This document shows, one piece after another, positions 39,001-52,201 of a stretch of DNA of 64,000 nucleotides. The DNA comes from Macrostomum hystrix (taxonomy: Eukaryota; Animalia; Platyhelminthes). Within the stretch, counting starts at the first letter, position 1. Each line of letters opens with the position of its first letter. The position numbers and the translations under genes were made by a program. Where the stretch lies: assembly GCA_950097015.1 (NCBI GenBank), contig CATNEN010000038.1, positions 24,180,001 to 24,244,000 of the forward strand, given 5' to 3'. The notes below the pieces were generated by a model. That model made no database searches and was not told the DNA's origin. It saw only the letters and a list, made by a program, of their open reading frames with translations.

Positions 39001-41071
39001 CTCGACGGGAGCGTCGAATCTCCGTCGACCGGTCGTCGTAAAACACTTCGCATAGATAGGTGCCCTCCGAACTGCGCGACACCGACATAATCTCCAGGCG
39101 AATGCTCACCTGAGATGTGCCCTGAAAATAAATTAGCGACAGTCAATATCTACTTTATTAGCCAATGAGAGGACGCGAATGTTGACTGATACTGGAGATC
39201 AGGGACCTGGCCTGAAGGTTTAACAACACCAACTGAAGGGAAGTCAGCGACCTGGCCTGAAGGTTTAACAACTGAAGGGAAGTCAGGGACCTGGCCTGAA
39301 GGTTTAACAACACCAACTGAAGGGAAGTCAGGGACCTGGCCTGAAGGTTGAACAACTGAAGGGAAGTCAGGGACCTGGCCTGAAGGTTAAACAACTGAAG
39401 GGAAGTCAGGGACCTGGCCTGAAGGTTGAACAACTGAAGGGAAGTCAGGGACCTGGCTTGAAGGTTGAACAACTGAAGGGAAGTCAGGGACCTGGCCTGA
39501 AGGTTTAACAACACCAACTGAAGGGAAGTCAGGGACCTGGCCTGAAGGTTTAACAACACCAACTGAAGGGAAGTCAGGGACCTGGCCTGAAGGTTTAACA
39601 ACACCAACTGAAGGGAAGTCAGGGACCTGGCCTGAAGGTTTAACAACTGAACGGAAGTCAGGGACCTGGCCTGAAGGTTGAACAACTGAAGGGAAGTCAG
39701 GGACCTAGCCTGAAGGTTTAACAACTGAAGGGAAGTCAGGGACCTGGCTTGAAGGTTGAACAACTGAACGGAAGTCAGGGACCTGGCCTGAAGGTTTAAC
39801 AACACCAACTGAAGGGAAGTCAGGGACCTGGCCTGAAGGTTTAACAACACCAACTGAAGGGAGGACTGGAGGAATGTCTAGGAGACTTCAGAGACAATAA
39901 AACGTGAATAAATTAAAGTTTACCTGCGAAATTCGATATTTAGAAGAATCCAACGATTTTAGACCGTCATTCAGAGTAATTGACGAACTATTTGTCATGT
40001 ACTTCCACAGAACAGGCTTGCCACTTTCAATGTACATGACGGAGCATTCAAAGATGATGTTCTCGCCATTAATGGCATCCACTCGAGACATTGTGCTAGT
40101 GAGCACTGTGACTCGATCAGACCTGGAGTCTGGACTGACATCAGTGATAGACACAATCGGAGTCATAATTTCCTGCCCTAAATAGATTTGTTTTGAGGAA
40201 CTATGATTATTATTGATGTTTAAATAAATAATTTTTATCCCATTTTGCAAGTAATATAAGTTGCTTCACTTAATGTAGCTAGCTAGCACGCATGCTTGTG
40301 ACTTAAAGTAGCTAGATAATGGAAACTTAGTGTACATAGGCTCTAATATGCAAAAAAGCTTCAGTCTGTTCAACACTTTAAATTTAAAAGCTTTATATAA
40401 GTAAGATGTGATATTGTAGCTAGCAGCAAAAAGAATCATGTCATACAATAAATTTTTTACTTCTAATTTTTACAACATTTAAAGCTGAAATGTTTAACTT
40501 ATATTATCATATTCTAAGTCAATTTAGAAGTCAGTCAATTTATTCAGTCGAGTTAAGTCGAGTTAATTCAGTCAAGTTAAGTCAATATATAAACCATTGT
40601 TTATTATAAACATATTCTGTCAAATTTTTTAAATAACTAAACATATATTAAGGTCTATATAAGTAGCTAAATTCTATAAATATTATTGTATCTTATTATT
40701 TTAATATCAAAATGACAAATAGTAAATAGAAGAATTTTTCTTTTTTTAAGTTGCTTTTAAAAATATTGATAGCTCAAATCTAAACTAAAAGAACCAAACA
40801 GAACCGTCATTGTCGATTGAGAATAGCTTTAATATGAAGACTAAAAAATAGGAATTAATTATAATACATATAGGTCTGAAATTTAGCATTGCTAATGAAG
40901 TTTACAATTCACAAAAATACTCAACTGAGAAATAGTTATACAAAAAAATTACGAAGTAACTAAGGAAATTTATGAATGTTGCTGCAGATGCTTACCGAAA
41001 GAGTATTCGATTGAACACAGGATAATGACAGATATAAGAAGGCACAGTTTCTTTACACACAAGAGGACCAT
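36089..41071 (-). CDS. GPI-anchored three-Ig-domain cell adhesion protein, ~410 aa (lachesin/amalgam/IgLON-like)
   Basis: Exons 41071-40996, 40177-39924, 39121-38792, 38514-38276, 37855-37704 and 36270-36089 splice in frame. Signal peptide MVLLCVKKLCLLISVIILC. Ig cysteine pairs: FECSV/GTYLCEV, LRCSAAGVPTP/DRGTYICNAIN and LLCEIEANP/GSYTCTARN. Hydrophobic C-terminus without a cytoplasmic tail. Confidence 0.9.
36375..37680. repeat. 22/23-bp compound minisatellite filling the last Ig-gene intron
   Basis: TTATCAAATCTCACCCCTGTCA and variants. Confidence 0.95.
39199..39862. repeat. 39/45-bp minisatellite in Ig-gene intron 2
   Basis: CAACTGAAGGGAAGTCAGGGACCTGGCCTGAAGGTTTAA with an optional 6-bp insert. 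Confidence 0.95.
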
Positions 41072-42615
41072 TTTGCTAAAAAGCTGCAAATACTGAAATT
41101 TCCTTCAAATTAAAACGGTGATCTGTCGCAGACCCAGTCGCAAGAAAATAACAACTTCCTGAAACTTTGAAAATCCGATTAAGCAGGTGTAAAACTTACT
41201 TTGTATTTTTTACAACTGCAGTTATAACATGAAAAAATCGTTCTTTGTTTAAATTTGCCTAGTGAAAAATTACGAATTCAGATATATATATTTATCTGCA
41301 ACGCTTTTGTTTTATCCATTACCCAGTTGCGATAAATTTGAGCACAGTTTCAACATTATCGAAACTGTTGGCTTTGCCAGAGTTGGCTTAAAGCGTAGAT
41401 CTGCAATCCTTTATGCAAACAAAACATGTTTGCATACATGCTCACAACAAAAAAGTTCGAAAAAGTTCTAGACAGACATCAAGGCTTATTTTTACTTTAA
41501 GATTTTTGTTTCTTGCGTATATTATTTTTACGAATTAGACATCTGTACCTCTGATGTATTATTTTTTATCAATCACATACACATGCATTCATATAAAAAA
41601 CTATTATATAAGCGTAAAATGGTTTATACATGTATGTTGTACGACATGAACAAAATACAGAACTGGGCAAGATTCTCATTGTTTAGTATATTACTGTTGG
41701 ACATGTTTGATTTGTGTTGAAAATGTCTACCATTAACTGCTGTCTTTATTACGATTCATATTAAGGAATGCACTTTTCATGTTTACTTTCCTCATACAAG
41801 CGCTTAGAGTTGCGAAAGGCTAGATTAATCGGAAACCTTAACTTAATCTTTTATTTTAAAAACCTGTGTAACATAAATTAAAGCACATAAAAATTTTTGT
41901 TGCATCCAAGAATAAATGATTCAAAATTTTTTAGAATAAAATATCTGGCAACGATTTATATCTACAGCTGTTACCGAAAGATTTCACGCATGCTTCAAAA
42001 ATGTTATTCGTGAAATAAATCTGTTACATAAACACAGCGCAACGGTGATAATATCGAAGAATTAGAACGCATTATGCTTATAATAAAAAAGGATGCAAAA
42101 TTTATTTCTTACTTGTATACAATTAAAATGTTCAAATACAGTTTTCTAGAATTTTCAGTAACTAACATTCCGCTAACCCAACAGTTGTTTCACACACAGA
42201 TTTGTGTATAAATTCTTTAATGATGTACCGACAGGCGTGTCAAAAAATACGTCTTAAAAAATGTTTTTTGCTAATTTTAAGATAATTTGCTATTTAATTT
42301 AATTGTTTAGATTTTTATAAATTTCTATAAATCATTAAAATATAACTAAACTTTCTTCCAGCTACAAAGTGTTTTGCAATAGTTTCTCTCGCTTAGATGC
42401 AGTACATAGATGAGCATTCATATAGAAAACAGTTCAAAATAATTTTAATGCTGTGATAACGGTCGCAATACGAGCAAATAATATTTTTCAGAAGTATACT
42501 GGTGCAGATTACAATATTGAGTATGCCATTGTACATGAATGGTTGAAGACTAAAAAAGTTAAGTAAAATAAAATAAAAAACATATAAACAAGTAAAATGA
42601 AATACTAAAAAAGAA

Positions 42616-45600
42616 TCAATGCCTTTGTGCCAGGCCCATTTCCGCAATCGCCTTAGTTCTTAACCAATCTATCTCAGGATAGAGCAGGCGTGACTCTTGC
42701 TGCTGCTGCTGCTGCTGCTGCTGCAGCCTTGTCTGGTTTTGTGAGATTTCATCAGGAGCCATTTGATTGGGTGAAGAGTAAGTTTTGTGGGCCGTGTCTT
42801 TGGTGGCCATGTCCAAAGTTGCATAATGCGGACGATAACAAGTAGCCGATGCTGCACTTGTGTCCTGCTGGGGCGACTGAAAAAGAAAATATTGAAAATG
42901 CTCATTATACTACTTGTTTGGTAAATAAGCTTTTTAAGTATCATGACGCGTGTGCATCTATTATAAAATTTGTTCAGGTGTGAAAAATGAAGGTATATTT
43001 TTAGTATAGAAAATTGAGTAATGTTTTGCGCAGCTAATCATTTTTTGCCTAATTTTCGCACACATGCGTCATTTTTTCTATAAATAGAATTAAATTAGAT
43101 GTTTAAAAATCCGATTCAGATTTTTTAAGTTTGCTTTTAGTTCACAAGCCAAATGCGAAATAAAAAAGTAACTTACCAGGATATAAAGCTTTTTGTTTCA
43201 AACGAGTTTCTAATGAAGTAAAGTACAAGGGGTGGCCAAAACATTCTTGAAATTTTTATCATAGCACAGCAATGCCTTGTTAAATTGAAAATTAACTTGC
43301 CTCTCCATGGACTAGTGAGGCCGCTGCGTTGATTGTAAAAGCGATCTAACTCGTTTGCTTCTCGCACTAAGGTCCTGAGCTCGATTCCATTGCATAGATT
43401 ATCAATCCATTCCATTGCATAGATTAGCAATCCATTCCATTGCATAGATTAGCAATCCATTCCATTCCATAGATTATCAATCCATTCTATTGCATAGATT
43501 GTCAATCCATTCTATTGCATAGATTAGCAATCCATTCCATTGCATAGATTAGCAATCCATTCCATTGCATAGATTAGCAATCCATTCTATTGCATAGATT
43601 AGCAATCCATTCTATTGCATAGATTAACAATCCATTCCATTGCATAGATTAGCAATCCATTCTATTGCATAGATTAGCAATCCATTCTATTGCATAGATT
43701 AACAATCCATTCTATTGCATAGATTAGCAATCCATTCCATTGCATAGATTAGCAATCCATTCTATTGCATAGATTAGCAATCCATTCTATTGCATAGATT
43801 AGCAATCCATTCTATTGCATAGATTAGCAATCCATTCCATTGCATAGATTAGCAATCCATTCTATTGCATAGATTAGCAATCCATTCTATTGCATAGATT
43901 AGCAATCCATTCCATTGCATAGATTAGCAATCCATTCTATTGCATAGATTAGCAATCCATTCTATTGCATAGATTAGCAATCCATTCTATTGCATAGATT
44001 AGCAATCTATTCTATTGCATAGATTAGCAATCCATTCTATTGCATAGATTAGCAATCCATTCCATTGCATAGATTAGCAATCCATTCCATTGCATAGATT
44101 AGCAATCCATTCTATTGCATAGATTAGCAATCCATTCTATTGCATAGATTAACAATCCATTCCATTGCATAGATTAGCAATCCATTCCATTGCATAGATT
44201 AGCAATCCATTCCATTGCATAGATTAGCAATCCATTCCATTGCATAGATTAGCAATCCATTCTATTGCATAGATTAGCAATCCATTCTATTGCATAGATT
44301 AGCAATCCATTCCATTGCATAGATTAGCAATCCATTCTATTGCATAGATTAGCAATCCATTCTATTGCATAGATTAGCAATCCATTCTATTGCATAGATT
44401 AGCAATCTATTCTATTGCATAGATTAGCAATCCATTCTATTGCATAGATTAGCAATCCATTCCATTGCATAGATTAGCAATCCATTCCATTGCATAGATT
44501 AGCAATCCATTCTATTGCATAGATTAGCAATCCATTCTATTGCATAGATTAACAATCCATTCCATTGCATAGATTAGCAATCCATTCCATTGCATAGATT
44601 AGCAATCCATTCTATTGCATGGATTAGCAATCCAATCCATTGCATAGATTAACAATCCATTCCATTGCATAGATTAGCAATCCATTCCATTGCATAGATT
44701 AGCAATCCATTCTATTGCATGGATTAGCAATCCATTCTATTGCAAGATTAGCAATCCAATCCATTGCATAGATTAGCAATCCATTATATTGCATAGATTA
44801 GCAATCCATTCTATTGCATAGATTAGCAATCCATTCTATTGCATAGATTAGCAATCCATTCCATTGCATAGATTAGCAATCCATTCCATTGCATAGATTA
44901 GCAATCTATTCTATTGCATAGATTAGCAATCCATTCTATTGTATTGAACGATGCTCACCTCGCAGTCGACGCTGCCCAACGACTCAATAGACTCAGGATT
45001 GCTTCCGCTGAGCCGACCCCTCCGGTGCAGATTCACATAGCCCTCAAGCGACAGACAATGGTCCAGCGGTTCCAATGTTCGTCTGCCCAGGCCTGAGTCG
45101 GTTTCATCCGACGCCTCGTTAATGCCGCCGAGATTATTAGCAAGGAGTTGGCCACCATCTAGTCCAGTGATTCGCAAAAGCTCCAAAGCCCACCTATGCA
45201 TCTCGCTCAGACTATCGGCTAACAGGTAGAATAGTCTAGACCTCTGCCTACGATGCCATTGAACGCATTCAAAGCTGAGAAACGGCTGCTGATGATGCAG
45301 GCGCGATCGCTGATAGTGTGACAGAGTACAGGCTAGTTTCAACGGCGGCGGTACCAGGGTGGCGATTCGGCGAATCGATTCAACAGCGATGCTGCCTCTA
45401 GGCATCGTTCGACTTGAGTCGGCATAATAGTACAGTTGATAACGGGCCGACAGAGATTGCGAATCGCCCGGAGGCGGCGCTGCCAGGCGTGTGAGGACGA
45501 AATAACACCGATGCCATTGCTAATAGGATGGGTTGGGAGTGGATAACTGGCATGATATAAAAGCAGTTTCTCTTTCACAAAATCTTTTTTTCTGGTACAT

Positions 45601-48600
45601 CAAGCGTCATTAAGCTTTCTTCAGTTTGATAAAACTTAATTTCATAACTTGGATAGAAACTATATATGAAATGCACTAAAAACAAGAAATTTTTATTACC
45701 TCTTATTTTAATTTTCGACAATTATTAAGCTAGGTTTAAGAAAAGTCTTAGATTATGACTCATACAGAACTATGTAATCACAGAGTTTGTGTAAACACAC
45801 AAAGCGAGGCAGCCATGCACTACCAATTGCCAGCTAGATAACCTTCTGTTTGGATAATTCTACTATTACAAGTTTGCAATATTTGTATCGATGTTGTAGA
45901 TGCCTGTTAAAATGAGCTGGTCATTCCTCATAGCTGACACAAGTAACCGGTGAAAGATACTATCTAACATGGCATGAGAGTGTTAGGAGTGACATGAGAG
46001 TGTTAGGAGTGACATTAGAATGTTTAGAGTGATATGAGAGTGTTAGGAGTGACATAAGAATGTTAGGAGTGACATGAGAGTGTTAGGAGTGACATAAGAA
46101 TGTTAGGAGTGACATGAGAGTGTTAGGAGTGACATGAGAGTGTTAGGAGTGACATTAGAGTGTTAGGAGTGACATGAGAGTGTTAGGAGTGACATTAGAG
46201 TGTTAGGAGTGACATTAGAGTGTTAGGAGTGACATTAGAGTGTTAGGAGTGACATTAGAATGTTTAGAGTGACATGAGAGTGTTAGGAGTGACATGAGAG
46301 TGTTAGGAGTGACATTAGAGTGTTAGGAGTGACATTAGAATGTTTGGAGTGATATGAGAGTGTTAGTAGTGACATTAGAGTGTTTGGAGTGACATGAGAG
46401 TGTCAAGAGTGACATGAGAGTGTTAGGGGCGAAATTTAAATTTCCATTAAATCATGTTTATTTATAGATATCTGCTATTTTTAGACATCCAAGTGCTACT
46501 TTATTACGTAATAGATTTAGACAGACGTCTGAAAAAATGACGTCACAAAGTGTAGCTGCAATGGTGCCTAGATATTTTAAACTGACCCAAACAGTGCGAC
46601 AGTAATGCACCTGGGTCAATGAGTGTAGGAAGCAATATTCTATCCTTTTAACAGGGTAAGTCTGTACGGTACCTAGCGGGTTTGTGTGAGTCAAGTCCAG
46701 CTAAAATTATTTTGTATCATTCTTTTTATTGCAACTCTTACCGGTTTAAATCGTTTCAGTGTTGGCCAATTATTTCTACCCTTGCCTGGCGACTGTCTGG
46801 GTGATTTCAACAGCCAACCAGTCAGGCAGTCATCGCCTTGCTGAGGTGACAGATGTTCAAGCTTATTGCAATCGTCAGATTCAGAACAGATTGGTCTTGG
46901 CGATGTTCCGGCGTTCCGATTGACGTCTGGACTAAATTTATGAAATAACTTCTCATGTTCGTTGTATTATTCTCTTGTCTCGCCCAAATGCTCATGTCAC
47001 TCCTAACATTCTCATGTCACTCCTAACATTCTAATGTCACTACTAACATTCTAATGTCACTCCTAACATTCTCATGTCACTCCTAACATTCTAATGTCAC
47101 TCCTAACATTCTCATGTCACTCCTAACATTCTCATGTCACTCTAAACATTATAATGTCACTCCTAACACTCTCATGTCACTCCTAACACTCTCATGTCAC
47201 TCCTGACATTCTCATGTCACTCCTAACACTCTCATGTCACTTCTAACACTCTCATGTCACTCCTAACACTCTCATGTCACTCCTAACATTCTCATGTCAC
47301 TCCTAACACTCTCATGTCACTCCTAACATTCTCATGTCACTCCTAACATTCTCATGTCACTCCTAACATTCTCATGTCACTCCTAACATTCTCATGTCAC
47401 TCCTAACATTCTCATGTCACTCCTAACACTCTCATGTCACTCCTAACATTCTCATGTCACTCCTAACACTCTAATGTCACTCCTAACATTCTCATGTCAC
47501 TCCTAACATTCTCATGTCACTCCTAACATTCTCATGTCACTCCTAACATTCTAATGTCACTCCTAACATTCTCATGTCACTCCTAACATTCTCATGTCAC
47601 TCCTTACATTCTCATGTTACTCCTAACATTCTAATGTCACTCCTAACATTCTCATGTCACTCCTAACATTCTTATGTCACTCCTAACATTCTAATGTCAC
47701 TCCTAACATTCTAATGTCATTCCTAACATTCTAATGTCACTCCTAACATTCTAATGTCACTCCTAACATTCTAATGTCACTCCTAACATTCTAATGTCAC
47801 TCCTAACATTCTAATGTCACTCCTAACATTCTAATGTCACTCCTAACATTCTAATGTCACTCCTAACACTCTCATGTCACTCTAAACATTCTAATGTCAC
47901 TCCTAGCACTCTCATGTCACTCCTAACACTCTAATGTCACTCCTAACACTCTCATGTCACTCCTGACATTCTAATGTCACTCCTAACACTCTCATGTCAC
48001 TCCAAAACATTCTCATGTCACTCCTAACACTCTCATATCACTTCTGACATTCTCATGTCACTTCTAACACTCTCATGTCACTCCTAACACTCTAATGTCA
48101 CTCCTAACACTCTCATGTCACTCCTGACATTCTCATGTCACTCCTAACACTCTCATGTCACTCCTAACATTCTAATGTCACTCCTAACACTCTCGTGTCA
48201 CTCCTAACATTCTCATGTCACTCCTCACATTCTAATGTCACTCCTAACATTCTAATGTCACTCTTTACATTCTCATGTCATTCCTAACACTCTCATGTCA
48301 CTCCTAACATTCTAATGTCACTCCTAACACTCTCGTGTCACTCCTAACATTCTCATGTCACTCCTCACATTCTAATGTCACTCCTAACATTCTCATGTCA
48401 CTCCTCACATTCTAATGTCTTTCCTAACATTCTAATGTCACTCCTAACACTCTCATGTCACTCCTCACATTCTCATGTCACTCCTTACACTCTTATGTGC
48501 TTTAGTAATTCTCAAATCAATTCCTAAAATCTCCATTCTCAATAAGAACCCAGAACTTAGCTTTATTCCAGGGTCCCAGGTTTCCCAGGGTTCCCAGGGT

Positions 48601-48998
48601 CCTTTGCAACCAGACGCAGCTATTTTAAACACTAAAATTTTTGTCCTTATTAGTGGACAAGCACACCTCTTGGGCTCGTCATAAGATTTTGTCGTTACAT
48701 CCGCATCAGCGACCATATAGAATAGTTGCAATGCTTCTATTTTTAATTGGATGTTTTTATAGTCAACACCGAATTCAGAATATGATTCTAGGTGAGACAC
48801 CTACGATAGGGATAAATCTTAATCCAATGATTTTAAAAGAAGATTTGGGATGATAAATCATTAACTGTACTCGTACAGATTTGGTGACACTTCACACTGC
48901 AACACTGAATTGACATGAATTGAATTTCTCAATGATTGATGTTGCGAAGCTTACCTAAGCTTATCGCCAGTGCAGCACAAAAATAATGTGGCAGCCAT
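42616..48998 (-). CDS. GAB/DOS/SOC-1-like PH-domain docking protein (at least 351 aa)
   Basis: Exons 48998-48955, 46931-46742, 45519-44959 and 42876-42616 join in frame. PH domain GWLLKSP...QWHRCYFVL...LYYY...FYLLADSLSEMHRW resembles GAB GWLRKSP/WKRRWFVL/FYLVADSEEEMNKW. C-terminal tandem tyrosines HYATLD and LYPEIDWLRTKAI resemble the SHP2/Corkscrew-binding motifs. Possible extra small exons at 43177-43374 are unresolved. Confidence 0.85.
43385..44942. repeat. Minisatellite, 25-bp unit (~62 copies), TAGATTAGCAATCCATT-core family, in a GAB-like gene intron
   Basis: TGCATAGATTAGCAATCCATTC(C/T)AT; begins about 15 nt after the donor at 44958. Confidence 0.97.
45972..46432. repeat. 20-bp array (GAGTGACATGAGAGTGTTAG, ~23 copies), left arm of an inverted pair
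   Basis: Same unit, in reverse-complement orientation, as the 46980-48497 array. Confidence 0.95.
46980..48497. repeat. 20-bp array (CTCATGTCACTCCTAACA(C/T)T, ~75 copies), right arm of an inverted pair
   Basis: Reverse complement of the 45972-46432 unit. Confidence 0.97.
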
Positions 48999-49605
48999 TT
49001 TTAACGAAATTGCAACTTAGTTAACAGCACTAACTAAGAGTTGCAAATAAAGTACTCCAAATATACTTATTTAAAAGTTTTCTCTTTAACTTTCTATACG
49101 TCTTTTATTTATGATTATTTGCTGTATGTAAAAAGCCGCGCAGTGGGGGGGGACAGGGATAGAGAGTGAGGACTGTTTCTGAGGACAATTTATAATTATA
49201 AAAGCTAATACACCAGTTGTATAATGACTGTGTATACTGTATACAGTGTGCGTATAAAACAACTCACGCACAATGTGACTTTTTCGTGTCCATCGTTTCT
49301 CTATCCCTCTCTCTGCCCCTCTCTCCCACTGGCTCACACACCTATAGTATACTGTCTGCTTGCATGTGTTAGTGTGAGTGTGAGAGAGAGTGGAGCAACT
49401 GGACACCGAAGATAGATGTCACCTGATTGGTCAGAACTAGAAGAGATTTGATTTAATAGGTCTTGTATGTGCAATAGGTAGGTAAATGCAATAAGTAGCA
49501 GAAAATGCATAAAATGTTTTTTGCCGTCACAGAGCAAATAGGGTTTCAATATGACCTTGTAAATTAGAAGTACATTTTAATGACTAATAGTACATTTTTC
49601 TGACA

Positions 49606-50140
49606 CGGAATGGGTGTCAGAGGGAGAGATTTGGGTGACGGGAAATGGAATGGGTGTCAGGTGTCAGAGGGAGAGATTTGGGTGACAGGAGAAAGGAATG
49701 GGTGTCAGAGGGAGAGATTTGGGTGACAGGAGAAAGGAATTTCGGCAACCTTATTCACATTGCAGGCCAAGCAAGCACTGAATATATGAGGCGTACAGTG
49801 CGTCGCATTTACTATGGGAAAATAAGACAGGGTAGAGATGAGACAGGGGAGAGATGAGACTGGAGAGATGAGACGGGGGGAGAGTTGAGACTGAAGAGAT
49901 GAGACTGGAGAGATGAGACTGGAGAGATGAGACTGGAGAGATGAGACGGGGGGAGAGTTGAGACTGAAGAGATGAGACTGAAGAGATGAGACTGGAGAGA
50001 TGAGACTGGAGAGATGAGACTGGAGAGATGAGACAGGGGTTAGAGAAGGCAGGGGAGAGATGAGACAGGGTAGAGATGAGACTGGAGAGATGAGACAGGG
50101 TAGAGATCGATGAGACTGGAGAGATGAGACAGGGGAGAGA
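49606..50140. repeat. Two short GA-rich arrays (49606-49740 and 49825-50140)
   Basis: GGAATGGGTGTCAGAGGGAGAGATTTGGGTGAC about 3 times, then GAGATGAGACTGGA-type units. Confidence 0.85.
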
Positions 50141-52201
50141 GCCTAATGAAAACTTTTTGTACCTCGAAACTGACGTTCTTGTGAAATCGGACTTTTATAC
50201 TGGATAAGCGTAGTAAAAATTAAATTATACTTAATTAGTTGATCAATATTTAGAAGGGTTCTTATCCCAACTTATCTAGTTCTTTTTTCAGTTAAATTTA
50301 AGCAGTTAGTGCTATTTCTTTACGAAACTAGTCAGTGACTCCGACTGAACTATTGACAAAAATTCTCAATTTTCCGGATTTGATGTGTTGGTGTAACGAT
50401 GTCGTTATAGAAAAATTCGGGAGACAAAAACCAAAACCTTTAACATTTTTTGTTTACTATGCACAGCAAAGCTCGATTAATTGTTTTTTATAATATATTT
50501 GTATGATATTGTATTTTTTGTACTTTCAGGTACGACAACGAGTCCAGGAAAATTTGTCAATCTGTTATATGTTACGATTTGAGTAGAATAGCTAGTATAA
50601 ACTCCAGGACTGCTGGGCGTTTTTGCAGTGAAATTAATTATCGATTCAACTTCTTTTAAGAACCATGCACTTAATGATAAAATATTCCATTATACAATTC
50701 TTACTACAATATTACTAGTTATGTTTATTTATCCTTGTTTTCATGTTGCTTTATCTTATCAGCTCTCGGAAGCTGAATAGTTAATTTTTGTAGCGTTGTC
50801 TAACTTTTACAGATATCAATAATGATACAAGCGATATATGCTTGCAAGCCCCAGTTTTTGACGTCAATAATGAGTGTTTGCGCTATTATTTCTTAAAAGT
50901 ACGGCTCAAATGACACTTGGTTCACTGAGAATGAAGGCAAACTTTCCCCAAAGTTATAGCAGGACTAAAACAGGAGAAAATACTATAATTAGCGCAATCA
51001 TTTCCGTTCTTAACGTTTTTTAACGACATTCAATCAATTAATTTTTCATTCGACGAACGACATATATAAATAACGTGATTAGATAAACAAATCCTGTAGA
51101 ATTTCTAAAGATAATTGACAACTAATATTTATAAATAGAAAAAATGCGGTTGCTAACATTTAAAATAGTACGCTTACGAGTCTAAACGAAACAAAACAGA
51201 AACAAATTTATAATAATTTGTCACATGCACCGATATATAATGTATATAATAATTTGAATTTCTGAATTGGCAACAACAAAACAAAAAATAGACGATAAAT
51301 TAGTATCTTTATAAAATTTTAAACGATATTTTAGAATACTTAAAGCAATAAAAGTTAATAATTCATACACAAAATACACAACAAAAAATTTATTACAGTG
51401 TAATTTTTACGCATGACAGACAGAGGAACAAGACACTATCGGAATATAGCAAGTAACAACGAAGTAAATAAAGTGGACAAATAAATCAGACTGTCTTTCT
51501 ATTTCTGTTTTTAAACTTATTGCTTAAAAACGTGCCAAAGTAACGCTTCTGAACAGATTGATTCGAACGTTTTTGCAAAGGTAAAAAATCTAAATAGCTG
51601 AAACACACAAAAACACAAAATAAAATCTAGCAAAAATCACACAAGGACTGTTAAAATTTCGTAATATTCGCAGAAAACATATTCCTTGACCCATTCCTAA
51701 TGTAAAAATATTACGAAAACGTAAATTCGTGCCTAGATAAAAATATTGCACTTAAATGTAGGCGCGAAGCACAATTTTCATGCCATTTTAGTTTTGCCCG
51801 TTGTGCAATTTTAAAACATCGTCTCTCATTGTTGCGTCATTTTTCCTGTTGCAGAAAATTCAAGTTGACTCTTTAAAAAAGTATATAGCAAAAACAAGCT
51901 AAAAGCAACAACAAAAACGCGAGGTACTAAATAAGGAAACAAAAATAAAGAAGAATACATCGACTTTTTAATAGCTTAATTTTCAATTTTAGTCCAAAAA
52001 TCGAACGGCATGAAATAATTCATGATGGTTTCAATTAATTTATGCCCCACATGCCGACATAGACATGTAAATTTTTGTTATAATCTATAATACACCGTGC
52101 CAAATGCCCAGATTTTTTTATTTTTAAATCCTAAAAATTGCATGCTTGATTTTGTTGTTCATTTCGAACCGACCATTTTCTTGACTACGTCTTTATAGAC
52201 G

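Noticed and set aside
39158-39853. Leucine-rich-repeat-like ORF (LLNLQARSLTSLQL)n
   Set aside because: It lies in an intron whose flanking exons join in frame within a single Ig domain. The ORF is a by-product of 39/45-bp units.
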